Below are positions 10,024 to 19,354 of a DNA stretch of 64,000 nucleotides, piece by piece. The DNA comes from an uncultured Candidatus Sumerlaeota bacterium (GTDB lineage Bacteria; Sumerlaeota; Sumerlaeia; SLMS01). The stretch lies in assembly GCA_964420455.1 (NCBI GenBank), contig CAYQTO010000002.1, positions 8,796 through 72,795 of the forward strand. The letters run 5' to 3'. The stretch's first letter is position 1. Every line of letters begins with the position of its first letter. Both the position numbers and the translations under genes were made by a program. The notes under the pieces are model-generated. The model was not told the origin of the DNA. It did no database searches and worked only from the letters and a program-made list of their open reading frames with translations.

Positions 10024-11199
10024 TCAGGCCTCGTGCCAACTGGCGGCGAGAATGGCGAGGCGGCGACGGCCCGGCTGAAGGCAGGCGAGGCCGAAATCGA
10101 CCTCCGGCGAGACGAACCAGTCGTTCTCCGCCCGGAAGCCCACCCAGGACGACTGCTCGGCAAACATCGACGTGCGCAGGGGAAGGTCCGGGCAGTCGGA
10201 CCCTGCCATCACCGCGACCGTTTCCCACGCCTCGAGACGACCCCACGCGCCGTAGGACCCAAGGTGCCGCGTCGGCCCGTTGGCCGCCGCCTGGAAAAGG
10301 ATCTGGAACGCATCCGCCGCCTCGAGCCGGTTGAAGACCACCTGGCTTTCGTCGACCTCGCTCAGGCAGAGCAGGCCAAGCGAGAGAAGCAGGAACGGCG
10401 TGACCTCGAAGGAAAGCAGGTCGCGGGAGAACTCGAAGAGTCGGGCCTCGATCACGCCCTGATTGCCTCCGCCCCAGTTATGGACCGCTTCGGCCATGTG
10501 CTCGGCGAGGAGATCCGTCGTCAGGTCGCGGAAATCCGGGACGGCGGTGGGCTGGGAATCGATGGGAGATCCCCCCGGAGGGCCTTCGAGGAGCCGACGC
10601 ACATGGTAAAGGGATCCGCGGTGGTAGGTGGGCGCCTGCACAAGGGACTCGGTTTGAACCCGGACAATCGGCAGCTCCCGGAGCGGGTGGTTGCTCCGCT
10701 GCAGCCGGCGATGGAACCGGAGCAGGTTCTTGTCGCGCTCGCACGGGTATCCGCGGATGACGAGCTCGTTAAGAAGAAGGGCGAAGAATTCAAAGAGACG
10801 GTCGTCGTCGCCGTGATCTTGAAAGAGCGTGAAGAGGAAGTGCTTGCCGAGGCCGCCGCCGAGGTAGGTGGCGACCCGGCGGAGTCGGCGGGCATGGACC
10901 TCGTTCATCGGCTTCAATGTTTCGCTGGTACAGGTGACGCGCTTGAGGAGGGCCTCGAGGAGGACGGGTTCGCGGGAGACGGCGATGGCGCGCTCGCATC
11001 GGAACCGCAGCAGGTCAACGAGTTGGTCGGAAAGGCCGCGGTTTGGCGCGCCCCCGTCGACCTCGTCGAGAACGTCCACCACATAATGCCCGTGACCGGT
11101 ATCCACCCAGTCGTCGAGCTGGCGGTAGGCCCGGTCCAGGTCGCCGGTGCGGAACAAATCGCCGAAAAAGCCGTCGATGGGGTTTGTGGAGTGAGACAT
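10024..11199 (-). CDS. Hypothetical protein (391 aa), upstream partner of the FAD oxidoreductase
   Basis: ORF 10024..11535(-). Start refined to ATG 11199 (MSHSTNPIDGFF) with GGAG 7-10 nt upstream. 58-bp spacer to the downstream oxidoreductase on the same strand. No family recognised. Confidence 0.6.
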   Translation of the reverse strand: MSHSTNPIDGFFGDLFRTGDLDRAYRQLDDWVDTGHGHYVVDVLDEVDGGAPNRGLSDQLVDLLRFRCERAIAVSREPVLLEALLKRVTCTSETLKPMNEVHARRLRRVATYLGGGLGKHFLFTLFQDHGDDDRLFEFFALLLNELVIRGYPCERDKNLLRFHRRLQRSNHPLRELPIVRVQTESLVQAPTYHRGSLYHVRRLLEGPPGGSPIDSQPTAVPDFRDLTTDLLAEHMAEAVHNWGGGNQGVIEARLFEFSRDLLSFEVTPFLLLSLGLLCLSEVDESQVVFNRLEAADAFQILFQAAANGPTRHLGSYGAWGRLEAWETVAVMAGSDCPDLPLRTSMFAEQSSWVGFRAENDWFVSPEVDFGLACLQPGRRRLAILAASWHEA

Positions 11200-11362
11200 G
11201 GGGGGCTCCGCGACCGTTCGGTGTCGTGTCAGCGCGGCGCCCGTATCGGGAGCGTCGTGTGAGTGCAAGTTTACGACGCATGATCCACGCCGGGGCGCTT
11301 CGTACCGTTTCCCCCGTTGACCGCCTTCACTCCCCCGGGTCGCCCTTCCCACGACCCGTCTC

Positions 11363-13840
11363 ATGAACCTCCTCCGCCTTCTTCTTCCCGGGCTCCCGAT
11401 TGTTCTCTTCGCGGTTCTCCTCGCCCCTGGCGTGGGGAACCTCGGGTTTCGCTGGGACGAATCCTTCGGCGAATCGGTCGCCTGGCGGACCGAGGCCGCC
11501 CGCCTCGCCCTCACGGGCGAGTTCCCCTTCTTCACCCACCGCGCCTACGGAGGCATGGCGCTCTTTTCCGTTCCCAATACCGGCGTCCTTTATCCGCCCA
11601 ACTGGTTGTACCTGGTCTTCCCGCCGTGGATCTGGAATTTTCTTCTGTTTGGGCATGTTGTCGCCGGCGGGCTTGGGATGTTTGTCTACCTGCGGTCGCA
11701 CCGGTTGCTGGTACCGGTGGCGGCGGTGGGGTCGTTTCTGTTCCTCGGCCAACAGCTGCTGCCGGTGCACTCGGCGCACATTCCCTTGCAGGAAACGGCC
11801 TTGCTGGCGCCGTGGGTGGTGCTGGCGGCGCGGTGGCTGTTGCGGGCGCCCGGCCCGCGGGGGGCCGCGGCGCTCGCCGTTGCCCTCGCGTTCCAGCAGG
11901 CCGCCGGCTACCAGCAACTCTTTCTCTACACGGTGCTTTGGATGGGGGTCGAATGGCTGGCGGCGCTGCTTCGGCCCGGGTCGCGCCGGCTCGCGGCGAC
12001 CGCATGGCTCGCCACCGCAGGCGTCCTCGGCGTGCTCCTTCTTGCGGTCCAGACCATCGCGACCCTCGACCATGCGGCGCTGACCCATCGGGGCGATCAC
12101 GCCCTTGGCGATGTCCTCGTCGGCAGTTTTCCCCCCGCCCACCTGGTGACGTTCTTCTCGCCGCGAGCCCTCGGCGCGGGGGGGGTCTATATTGGCTCCG
12201 GCCCACCGTCCGAGGTCCTTGCCTTGATCCATCCGCTCGGGTGGGTGCTGGCGCTGTCGGCGGTCGGTGTCGCGGTGGCCCTGCCCCGATGGCGGACGGG
12301 CGGCCGTGCGCGTACCGCCCTTCTCTTTCTCGCCGGGTCGCTGGCGGCCCTCCTGCTCGCCTTCGGCGGCGAACATCCCCTCGTTCCTGCGATCATCGAT
12401 CTGCCGCCGTTTCGGCTCTTTCGCATTCCCGCGCGCATTCTGTTTTTGGCAAACGGTCTCGCGGTGGTCGCCGGGTGCCTCGCCTTGCAGGGGCTGATGC
12501 GGGTGAATCTTCGGGGACGCCTTCTCATCCTTGGCGGGGCGTTGTTCTTTCTCGGGGGGACGACGCTGGGTGCCTTCGCCATCGACCAGTCGACCCTGCC
12601 CCACCCGGCGGCCCGCGGGGCGTCCTTGCTGGAGGTGGCAGCCACCGGCGCCTGGGCGCCCGACGAGGCAACCATCCTGCGGCTCGCGGAGGATGGCTTT
12701 GGTCCTGCCGTGCCTTGGCTTCTCGCACCCGCCAGCGCCCTCGCCGGGCTCCTCCTGCTGCTCGCCCTGGCGACGGTTGGCCGGCGGGCACTCCAGACCC
12801 TTGCCTGGGCCGCCGTACCGGTCCTCGCCCTCGAGGTTCACCTCCTCGTCGTCATGGCCCTTTTCGAGCCGGCCCCGTATAGACAGATGGATGTCTTCAA
12901 CCACACCGAGGTCTTCCGGGCCGCGGGCGTGGCCGATTCCAATGACCGGTTCTTCGGCCTCCATCCCGCCATCGATGCCTTTCCCACCTCGGGTTACGCG
13001 CTTGCCAGCAACCTCTACACGGGGCAACTCAGCCTCGGTGGATGCAGCCCCATGAACCCCGGCCGCCTGCGCCACCTCCTCGGCATCGACGGCTACGGCA
13101 CGGGACTCCTCGACGGGGAGTTCTACACAAATCCCTCCGCGTTCCGGCACCTGGCGGTCCGCTGGATCGCCGTCGATGTGCATCGCCTCTCGCCAGAACG
13201 AGAGCCCCTGTACGGACGCTTCGCGGCGGACCAGGCGACCCTCGTCGCGGAGGACGGCTACCGCGCCCTTCACGAGCTGCGGGGAACGCGGCCGCGGTTT
13301 GACTGGGCCCGGCGCTGGCGCCCCGCCGAGCCCCCGGAGCTCGACCACCACGTCCACGCCAATGATCCCGCAAGCACCGCCACGATCACCATCGTCGAGG
13401 ACTTCCTTTGGCGTGAGATGCCGCCGGCGCTCGAGGACCTGCCCGCCCCGGCGCTCGAGGTCCTGCGCGACGGCGGCAGCCTCCAGCGCGTGCGCGTCGC
13501 ATCGTCGGCCACCGGTGCGGTGCTTCTCGTCCGCGACCTCTACTGGCCCGGGTGGAAGTACCGGCTGCGGCCAGCCGGCGACACAGACGCCCCGTTTAGC
13601 CCCTGGGAGGACGTCGACCGCGCCAACGGCCTCGTGCGCTACGTCCCCGTCCCGGCGGGGGAGTGGATCGTCGAGATGCGCTACCGGCCCCCCCGGTTCG
13701 AGGAGGGCCTCGCCCTCAGCCTCGCCGCACTCGCCATCACCCTCGCGCTCGCCTTTCTCCCCGCCCGCATCCCGCCGTTGCGCCGCCACCCTCGCGGACC
13801 CATACGAAACACACCGCACCCGGAGTCCTCCTCCCCATGA
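11363..13840 (+). CDS. YfhO-family polytopic membrane protein (GT-C-like glycosyltransferase, 825 aa)
   Basis: ORF 11363..13840. More than 12 TM helices at the N-terminus. C-terminal LYWPGWKYRLRPAGD...GLVRYVPVPAGEW resembles the YfhO C-terminal signature. The antisense 830-aa ORF is RS/GE-rich junk. Confidence 0.75.
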   Translation: MNLLRLLLPGLPIVLFAVLLAPGVGNLGFRWDESFGESVAWRTEAARLALTGEFPFFTHRAYGGMALFSVPNTGVLYPPNWLYLVFPPWIWNFLLFGHVVAGGLGMFVYLRSHRLLVPVAAVGSFLFLGQQLLPVHSAHIPLQETALLAPWVVLAARWLLRAPGPRGAAALAVALAFQQAAGYQQLFLYTVLWMGVEWLAALLRPGSRRLAATAWLATAGVLGVLLLAVQTIATLDHAALTHRGDHALGDVLVGSFPPAHLVTFFSPRALGAGGVYIGSGPPSEVLALIHPLGWVLALSAVGVAVALPRWRTGGRARTALLFLAGSLAALLLAFGGEHPLVPAIIDLPPFRLFRIPARILFLANGLAVVAGCLALQGLMRVNLRGRLLILGGALFFLGGTTLGAFAIDQSTLPHPAARGASLLEVAATGAWAPDEATILRLAEDGFGPAVPWLLAPASALAGLLLLLALATVGRRALQTLAWAAVPVLALEVHLLVVMALFEPAPYRQMDVFNHTEVFRAAGVADSNDRFFGLHPAIDAFPTSGYALASNLYTGQLSLGGCSPMNPGRLRHLLGIDGYGTGLLDGEFYTNPSAFRHLAVRWIAVDVHRLSPEREPLYGRFAADQATLVAEDGYRALHELRGTRPRFDWARRWRPAEPPELDHHVHANDPASTATITIVEDFLWREMPPALEDLPAPALEVLRDGGSLQRVRVASSATGAVLLVRDLYWPGWKYRLRPAGDTDAPFSPWEDVDRANGLVRYVPVPAGEWIVEMRYRPPRFEEGLALSLAALAITLALAFLPARIPPLRRHPRGPIRNTPHPESSSP

Positions 13841-14493
13841 CCGACAGCCTCGATCATTGGCGCACCGTCCGCCATACGCCCGGCCGCCACTTCACCGTCG
13901 TCTGCTTTGGCGATTCCAACACCGAGCAGCACGGCGGCACGGAGGGCCGGCTCAATTGGGTCGGCCTGCTGGCCCATGCGATTTTCAACGCGGGCAAGTG
14001 CGGCCAGTACACGGTGATCAACTCGGGGATCTGCGGCGACACGGCGGAGGGCGCCCTCCGGCGGCTCGACCGCGACGTCCTCCGCTTCCGGCCGGACCTC
14101 GTGATTCTCGCCTTTGGCATGAACGACTGGCGTCGATTCCCGCCGGAGATCACCGCGGAGAACCACCGCGAGCTTGTTCGCCGCATTCAGGCCGCCGGGG
14201 CCTCGATCCTCCTCAGAATCCCGCAACCGGTGTATAAGGAGGGGGCGGACGCGTGGGCGGACGAACCCGCTTTCCTCGCCACGGTGGAGGCCCTGCGCTC
14301 CGTCGCCGCGGAAATGAACCTTGCCTGTGTCGACCATTTCGCTCTGTGGACGGCGCCGGGCCAGCCCCACACACCTGCCTATTACTCCCGCGACTGGCTC
14401 CACCCCAACTGGAACGGCCACCGGCGGTTCCTCGGCGAAATTGCTCCCGTTTTGGAAATTCCGGACAAATTCGACTGGGAATCGGCCAGCTGA
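13837..14493 (+). CDS. SGNH/GDSL hydrolase family protein
   Basis: Within ORF 13663..14493. Start ATG 13837 overlaps the YfhO TGA (ATGA). GDS block VVCFGDSNTE, DxxH block DWLHPNW, plus Gly and GxND blocks. Confidence 0.8.
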   Translation: MTDSLDHWRTVRHTPGRHFTVVCFGDSNTEQHGGTEGRLNWVGLLAHAIFNAGKCGQYTVINSGICGDTAEGALRRLDRDVLRFRPDLVILAFGMNDWRRFPPEITAENHRELVRRIQAAGASILLRIPQPVYKEGADAWADEPAFLATVEALRSVAAEMNLACVDHFALWTAPGQPHTPAYYSRDWLHPNWNGHRRFLGEIAPVLEIPDKFDWESAS

Positions 14494-14624
14494 CCCGTCA
14501 ACCGAAGACAAAATTCATGGGATCAAACCATTAAGGGTTGCCGTGGACGGGATTTCACCTAATCTCCGCCACAATATGGCCAACTGGGCTCCGGCCCAAC
14601 CTACTCTGTAAGGAGACGCTCACG

Positions 14625-16904
14625 ATGCGATCTGCTCTCTGGCAGTCGACGACTGCCCGGCTTGCGGCGCTGCTTGGCGCGCTGGCGCTGCTCGCCACCC
14701 CGGCGGTCGTCCCCGCCCTCGGGGAAGTCTACGTGGCACCCGGCGGCGACCCCTCCGGCGCGGGAACCGAGGCGGACCCGGTCCCCGACATTGAAACCGC
14801 CCTGGGGATCGTTGACGCTGGTGGCACCGTCAACGTTGCGCCGGGCACCTACCTGCTCGCCGACACCATCACAATCACCACCCCGGTAACGATTCTCGGC
14901 CCCCAGGCGAATGTCGACCCCCGGCCCTTTTCGCCTCTGGGTCCCAACGCCAATCCCGGCACCCGGGACCTTGGGGATGACAGTTCCGAGGCCATCCTCG
15001 ATGCCGATTCCCAGGACGCTTTCAGCATCCAAACCTCCGATGTTACCATCAATGGCCTGGTGATCACCCAGGGCCATATCGCCCTGACGGTCGGCCCCAA
15101 CCTCCTCGCCAAGGGCGGGATTCTCAACCTTACCAACGTGAATGTCCTCTATTGCGGCTTCCTTGGGGATTCAGGCGTCGGCAGCGGCACGGGCGTCGCC
15201 TACCGCTCTACCAGCGACAGCGAGATCGCCTACAACTACATCGAGGATTTCAACCGGTGGGGCATTCTTGTCGAAGACCAGCCCACCAGCATCGGCATCC
15301 GCTATAACGAAATAGCCGACGTGGGCGGATTGGAACCGGCGATCCAGTTGATCGACCGCGATTCCGCAATTGTCGAGTTTGGCTCGGAGATTCTGGGCAA
15401 CTGGATATACCGGACCGGAGGCGATGGGATCGCCGTTGGCGAGTCACTATTTGAACTCACCCAACCGACCAAGCGGGAAAAGGGCCTTATCGTGCGCCCC
15501 GAGCCGGTCGACTTGGACGAGGATGTGTTGGTCTCCGAAAACGTTGTTGGTGTGGTGCCAGGTCCGATCTTCCGCAAGGGAGGTCCCACCCCGCCAGCTC
15601 CCATCGGCGGCAACGGCATCACCGTCCTTGCCAGCGACGCGATCATTCGCGGCAACATCGTCACCGGGATCGCGGCAAACGGAGAGAACAGCGTTGGCGG
15701 CATCGTGACCTTTGCGGGCGCACGCGATCTCGCCATCATTAACAACACCCTGGTCGACATCGTCTTCCCCGGTTTTCCAGCCGGGGGCGCACTCGCTGTG
15801 GGCCTCCCTTCTCCCACATTGGAGGAACGGAACAAGAGCCTCTTCGCACAGGTTGAGAAGGGTTTTGAGGGCGATCTAGCCGACGAGGTGGTCATCTTCA
15901 ACAATCGCTTCGTTGGCAATTCCCCCGCCATCATCAGTGCTTACCGCGAGGGCCTCCTCGAGATCGTTCACAATGAGTTCGAGGAGAATGCCCCCGCGAT
16001 CGGCGTTCTTGCCAACCAGGGGATGTTGATCACGGATAACTCCTTCGCCCTTACCGAAGGGCCCGACTTGCCCAACGGCATCCCGGGCATTGTAAAGGGG
16101 CTCGACGTGGAGCAACCCCCGCTTGTTCACATTTTTGCGCGGGCCGAGGGTCAGGGCTACGCCGTCACCGTCACTGGTAATGAGATCTACTCCGGCACGG
16201 TGTTCAGCGATTTCGGCTTTGACGACATCATCATTCCGATCCCTCTCGGCAAGGGGGCTCCCATCCGCCAGATCACCGTCGAGGGGAACTGGTACGGTAT
16301 CGCCTTTGACGAGGATCTCGACGGGAACGGTATCATCGATGGTCTCGAGGTGCCCCAGTCCCTTGCCGACTCTGATGTAGCCACGACGGAAACCGCGGTG
16401 GTCGCCCAGCTCGACCGCGACGGCGACGGCGCCAGCGATGCCTCCGAGCTGTTCGGCCAGCTCGGCGCGGACTTCGATAATCCGGATTCCAACGACGACG
16501 GCATCCCCGATGGGGTCCTCTTCGATCCGACCAACGTGTCGACGCCGACCCTCCTCCTGAAGGGCGCCGTTCCGCCTCTTCCCGACTTCGACATCGCCCT
16601 CGACGAGGACGGCGACGGCTTCCCCGGCTGGTACGAAGTCGCCCGCTTCACCGACCCCAACGTCGCGGAAGACTTCCCGCCCCTCGGCCAGATCGTCGAA
16701 CCCGGCACCATCGGCATCGCCGACGCCGTCCTGGCGCTCCAGATCCTCAACGGCGAGGCGGCCCTCAGCCTCGAGACGAGCGAGAACATCAACGGCCTGA
16801 ATGTCGCCGGCACCGGGCTGCGGACGCTCAACAATCCGCTGCAGATTCTGCGGTTCAGCGCCATGATCCGGCAGGGCCTGCCTGCCCTCCCCGGCATCGA
16901 CTGA
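14625..16904 (+). CDS. Secreted right-handed parallel beta-helix protein with TSP3-like Ca-binding DxDGDG repeats and a conserved C-terminal dockerin-like module (paralog 1)
   Basis: Within ORF 14538..16904. ATG 14625 with AGGAG at 14611-14615. Signal peptide MRSALWQSTTARLAALLGALALLATPAVVPALG. VYVAPGGDPSGAGT..TITITTPVTILG beta-helix start. DRDGDGASD / DSNDDGIPDG / DEDGDGFPGWYE repeats. C-terminus ...NNPLQILRFSAMIRQGLPALPGID. Confidence 0.8.
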   Translation: MRSALWQSTTARLAALLGALALLATPAVVPALGEVYVAPGGDPSGAGTEADPVPDIETALGIVDAGGTVNVAPGTYLLADTITITTPVTILGPQANVDPRPFSPLGPNANPGTRDLGDDSSEAILDADSQDAFSIQTSDVTINGLVITQGHIALTVGPNLLAKGGILNLTNVNVLYCGFLGDSGVGSGTGVAYRSTSDSEIAYNYIEDFNRWGILVEDQPTSIGIRYNEIADVGGLEPAIQLIDRDSAIVEFGSEILGNWIYRTGGDGIAVGESLFELTQPTKREKGLIVRPEPVDLDEDVLVSENVVGVVPGPIFRKGGPTPPAPIGGNGITVLASDAIIRGNIVTGIAANGENSVGGIVTFAGARDLAIINNTLVDIVFPGFPAGGALAVGLPSPTLEERNKSLFAQVEKGFEGDLADEVVIFNNRFVGNSPAIISAYREGLLEIVHNEFEENAPAIGVLANQGMLITDNSFALTEGPDLPNGIPGIVKGLDVEQPPLVHIFARAEGQGYAVTVTGNEIYSGTVFSDFGFDDIIIPIPLGKGAPIRQITVEGNWYGIAFDEDLDGNGIIDGLEVPQSLADSDVATTETAVVAQLDRDGDGASDASELFGQLGADFDNPDSNDDGIPDGVLFDPTNVSTPTLLLKGAVPPLPDFDIALDEDGDGFPGWYEVARFTDPNVAEDFPPLGQIVEPGTIGIADAVLALQILNGEAALSLETSENINGLNVAGTGLRTLNNPLQILRFSAMIRQGLPALPGID

Positions 16905-16938
16905 ACCACACCGCCAGCGCCCCGCCTCCCCCCTTACG

Positions 16939-16976
16939 CCGGGGGAACCTTTCCGGTTCCCCCGGCCTTTCTTTTC
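16939..16976 (+). terminator. Rho-independent terminator (11-bp perfect stem CCGGGGGAACC/GGTTCCCCCGG, loop TTTCC, T-tract)
   Basis: Inverted repeat read directly at 16939-16965, followed by CCTTTCTTTTCG. Confidence 0.8.
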
Positions 16977-17109
16977 GATCATTACCGCATTCCGAAGGGT
17001 TCCTCTTGCACGAACATTCGAGATCCCGGAACCTCACCTTCTTAAACAGCAATGGAGTGGTTGCCTTTTAGCTCCCGCTCCTCCCATTTTCTCCGACGGA
17101 GCTTTCGCA

Positions 17110-19290
17110 ATGATGGCACCTTGCGGTTCTGTTCTTGTCCGGCGCCTCGGGGCGGCGCTTGTCGCCATCCCGCTGCTGGCCGGATCCGCCCCCGCCCTCG
17201 ACGTCGTCTATGTTGATGCCGACGCCAACAACCCCGACGCCACAGGGACGCAGGTCGACCCCGTCGCCGATGTCGAAACGGCCATGGGCATCGTCAACCC
17301 CGGCGGCGTCGTGACGCTGTCGGCGGGAGTCTATCCCGTCGTTTCGACGATCTTCATTACCACGCCGGTGACGATTCTCGGTCCGCAGGCGAACGTGGAT
17401 CCGCGCCAGTTTTCGGACTTGGGTCCCGGCGCCGCGCCGGGCTCGCGAACCGTCGACGACTCCACCACCGAGGCGATCCTCGACGGCACCGGCGCCGGCC
17501 GCATCTTCGAGGTCTTCAGCTCCGACGTCACCATCAACGGACTGTCGTTCCGCAACGCGAGCTCGGGCCCCATCATCGTCAACACCCCGTCCGTGCTCAA
17601 GGGCTTGCCCGTGACCAACAGCAATGTGCGCGTGCTCTGCAATATCTTCCACAGCGGGTCCGGCAAGGCGATCCGCTTCGAATACGTGAACGGCGGCGAG
17701 ATCTCCTACAACTATCTGAACGGATTCGGCGGGGGTGGGATCCGGTTGGAGACCGCCACAAGCAATATCGACGTCGAGTTCAACGAAATCGCCAACATCA
17801 CCGGCAACCGCCCCGGCATCCTCGTCGACGACGAGAACCCCGCGATGGGTACGGACTTCAACATCGCAGTCATCGGCAACTGGCTGTACTCGATCGACAG
17901 CGATGCGATCCGGGTGGGCGCCCAGCTCAACGCGGACAAGGGAGCGGACATTGGTCGCGACATGAATGTCCTCCTCGCGGAAAACGTGATCGGCGTGAAC
18001 CCCGCAGAAGATACCAAGCTGATCCTGATTCCCGAATCCGAGATCGGTGGCGCCGGCATCATGTTCAACGCGGATCAGTCGATCATCCACGACAACTACA
18101 TCACCGGCGTTTCAACAAGCGGGCTCTTTCCCGGTGGTCTGGTCCTCCCCGATTTCGCCACGGGTGTGACCATTACCCGAAACACCTTCGAGAGGATTAT
18201 CTTTCCGACGTTGAGCGTCGGCGGGGCGATCACTCTCGGCACTGGCGGTTTCAGCAGCGATGCAGGCTTGGGTGTTCTCATCGTCGACAACACCTTCATC
18301 GAGAATGCGCCGGCCATCAATCTTGGGCCCTATTACGGGCCTGTGACCATCTTCCATAACAACTTCGTCAATAACGCTCCTGCTTTCGCTGTGTACAACG
18401 AGACGCAGGTCGGCATCACCGACAACCGCTTCGAACTGACCGCTCCCCCGGTGCCCGTCCCGATTAAGGGCATCAACGGGGTGACTGGCGCCATTCCCGA
18501 ACCCGTTCACGTTCAGGCCTACCTCGAGGAGTCCGTTGGCGGCCCCGGCTACCAGGTCGCCTTCCTCGGCAACGAGGTCCACAGCGGCACCGTCTTCACT
18601 GATTCCTCCGACCCGCTCATCCCGCTTAAGGGGATCGATGAACCAGTCATTATGGTCCAACGAAACTGGTACGCGATGGCCTTCGATCCGGATTTCGATG
18701 GCAACGGCATCATCGATGGCCTCGAGGTTCCCCAGTCGCTGCCCACCTCGGCTGTGCCGACAACCGAGACCCTGGTCGTCGCCCAACTGGACCGCGACGC
18801 CGACGGCAGGACCGACGCCGCCGAACTGGCCGGCTTCTATGGAACCGCCTTCAACGTCTCTGACTCCGACGATGATGGTATCCCCGACGGCGCCCTCCCC
18901 GATTTCGGCATGCCGACCACACCGACCATGGTAATCATCAAGAGCACCCCCGGCCTCCCCCCAATCGAAGACTTTGTCATCGACGAGGACAACGACGGCG
19001 ACACCTTCCCCGACTGGTACGAGGTCGCCCGCTTTACCGACCCGTCCGACCCCGATGACTTCCCGACGCTCGGCGACATCGCGGTGAACGACGCCGTGGA
19101 CCTGGCCGATGCGGTGCTCGCCCTCCAGCTCCTCAACGGCTCCCAGCCGCTGACGCTCGCCACGAGCGCCAATATCACGGCACTCTCCGTCACGCCCGAC
19201 GGCCTCCTCTCCCTCAACAACCCCCTCCAGATCCTCCGCTACAGCGCCCTCATCCGTGCCGGGCTCCCCGCCCTTCCCGGCATCAACTGA
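17110..19290 (+). CDS. Secreted right-handed parallel beta-helix protein with TSP3-like repeats and dockerin-like C-terminal module (paralog 2)
   Basis: ORF 17110..19290. GGAG 9 nt upstream. Signal peptide. Collinear with paralog 1 throughout (VVYVDADANNPDATGTQVDPV..TPVTILGPQANVDPRQF..DRDADGRTD..). C-terminus ADAVLALQLLNG...NNPLQILRYSALIRAGLPALPGIN. Confidence 0.8.
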   Translation: MMAPCGSVLVRRLGAALVAIPLLAGSAPALDVVYVDADANNPDATGTQVDPVADVETAMGIVNPGGVVTLSAGVYPVVSTIFITTPVTILGPQANVDPRQFSDLGPGAAPGSRTVDDSTTEAILDGTGAGRIFEVFSSDVTINGLSFRNASSGPIIVNTPSVLKGLPVTNSNVRVLCNIFHSGSGKAIRFEYVNGGEISYNYLNGFGGGGIRLETATSNIDVEFNEIANITGNRPGILVDDENPAMGTDFNIAVIGNWLYSIDSDAIRVGAQLNADKGADIGRDMNVLLAENVIGVNPAEDTKLILIPESEIGGAGIMFNADQSIIHDNYITGVSTSGLFPGGLVLPDFATGVTITRNTFERIIFPTLSVGGAITLGTGGFSSDAGLGVLIVDNTFIENAPAINLGPYYGPVTIFHNNFVNNAPAFAVYNETQVGITDNRFELTAPPVPVPIKGINGVTGAIPEPVHVQAYLEESVGGPGYQVAFLGNEVHSGTVFTDSSDPLIPLKGIDEPVIMVQRNWYAMAFDPDFDGNGIIDGLEVPQSLPTSAVPTTETLVVAQLDRDADGRTDAAELAGFYGTAFNVSDSDDDGIPDGALPDFGMPTTPTMVIIKSTPGLPPIEDFVIDEDNDGDTFPDWYEVARFTDPSDPDDFPTLGDIAVNDAVDLADAVLALQLLNGSQPLTLATSANITALSVTPDGLLSLNNPLQILRYSALIRAGLPALPGIN

Positions 19291-19319
19291 CACTCCCCGC
19301 CAACAACGAGGAAAACCAA

Positions 19320-19354
19320 CCGGGGGGAGCCGACGGCTCCCCCCGGTTTTCGTT
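19320..19354. terminator. Bidirectional intrinsic terminator between convergent genes (stem CCGGGGGGAGCC/GGCTCCCCCCGG, loop GAC, flanking T/A tracts)
   Basis: Perfect 12-bp inverted repeat at 19320-19346, then TTTTCGTT. The stop of the minus-strand small gene abuts at 19354. Confidence 0.75.

Noticed and set aside
110-13819. Numerous long antisense or overlapping ORFs (e.g. 110..646-, 693..2288+, 2453..3370-, 9136..9930-, 9787..11262+, 11327..13819-, 20524..23202-, 26927..30214-, 54574..57426-) with Arg/Pro/Gly/Ser-rich translations.
   Set aside because: These are typical high-GC shadow ORFs. They have low-complexity RS/PG-rich composition, no motifs, and sit antisense to genes with clear family signatures and GC3 bias.
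16725-16904. Calling the shared C-terminal module a bona fide dockerin.
   Set aside because: Only one helix-loop segment resembles a dockerin/EF-hand repeat (D-x-N-D...ADAVLALQxLNG). Canonical type-I dockerins have two 22-residue repeats. I kept the weaker label of dockerin-like in the finding rather than making a family call.
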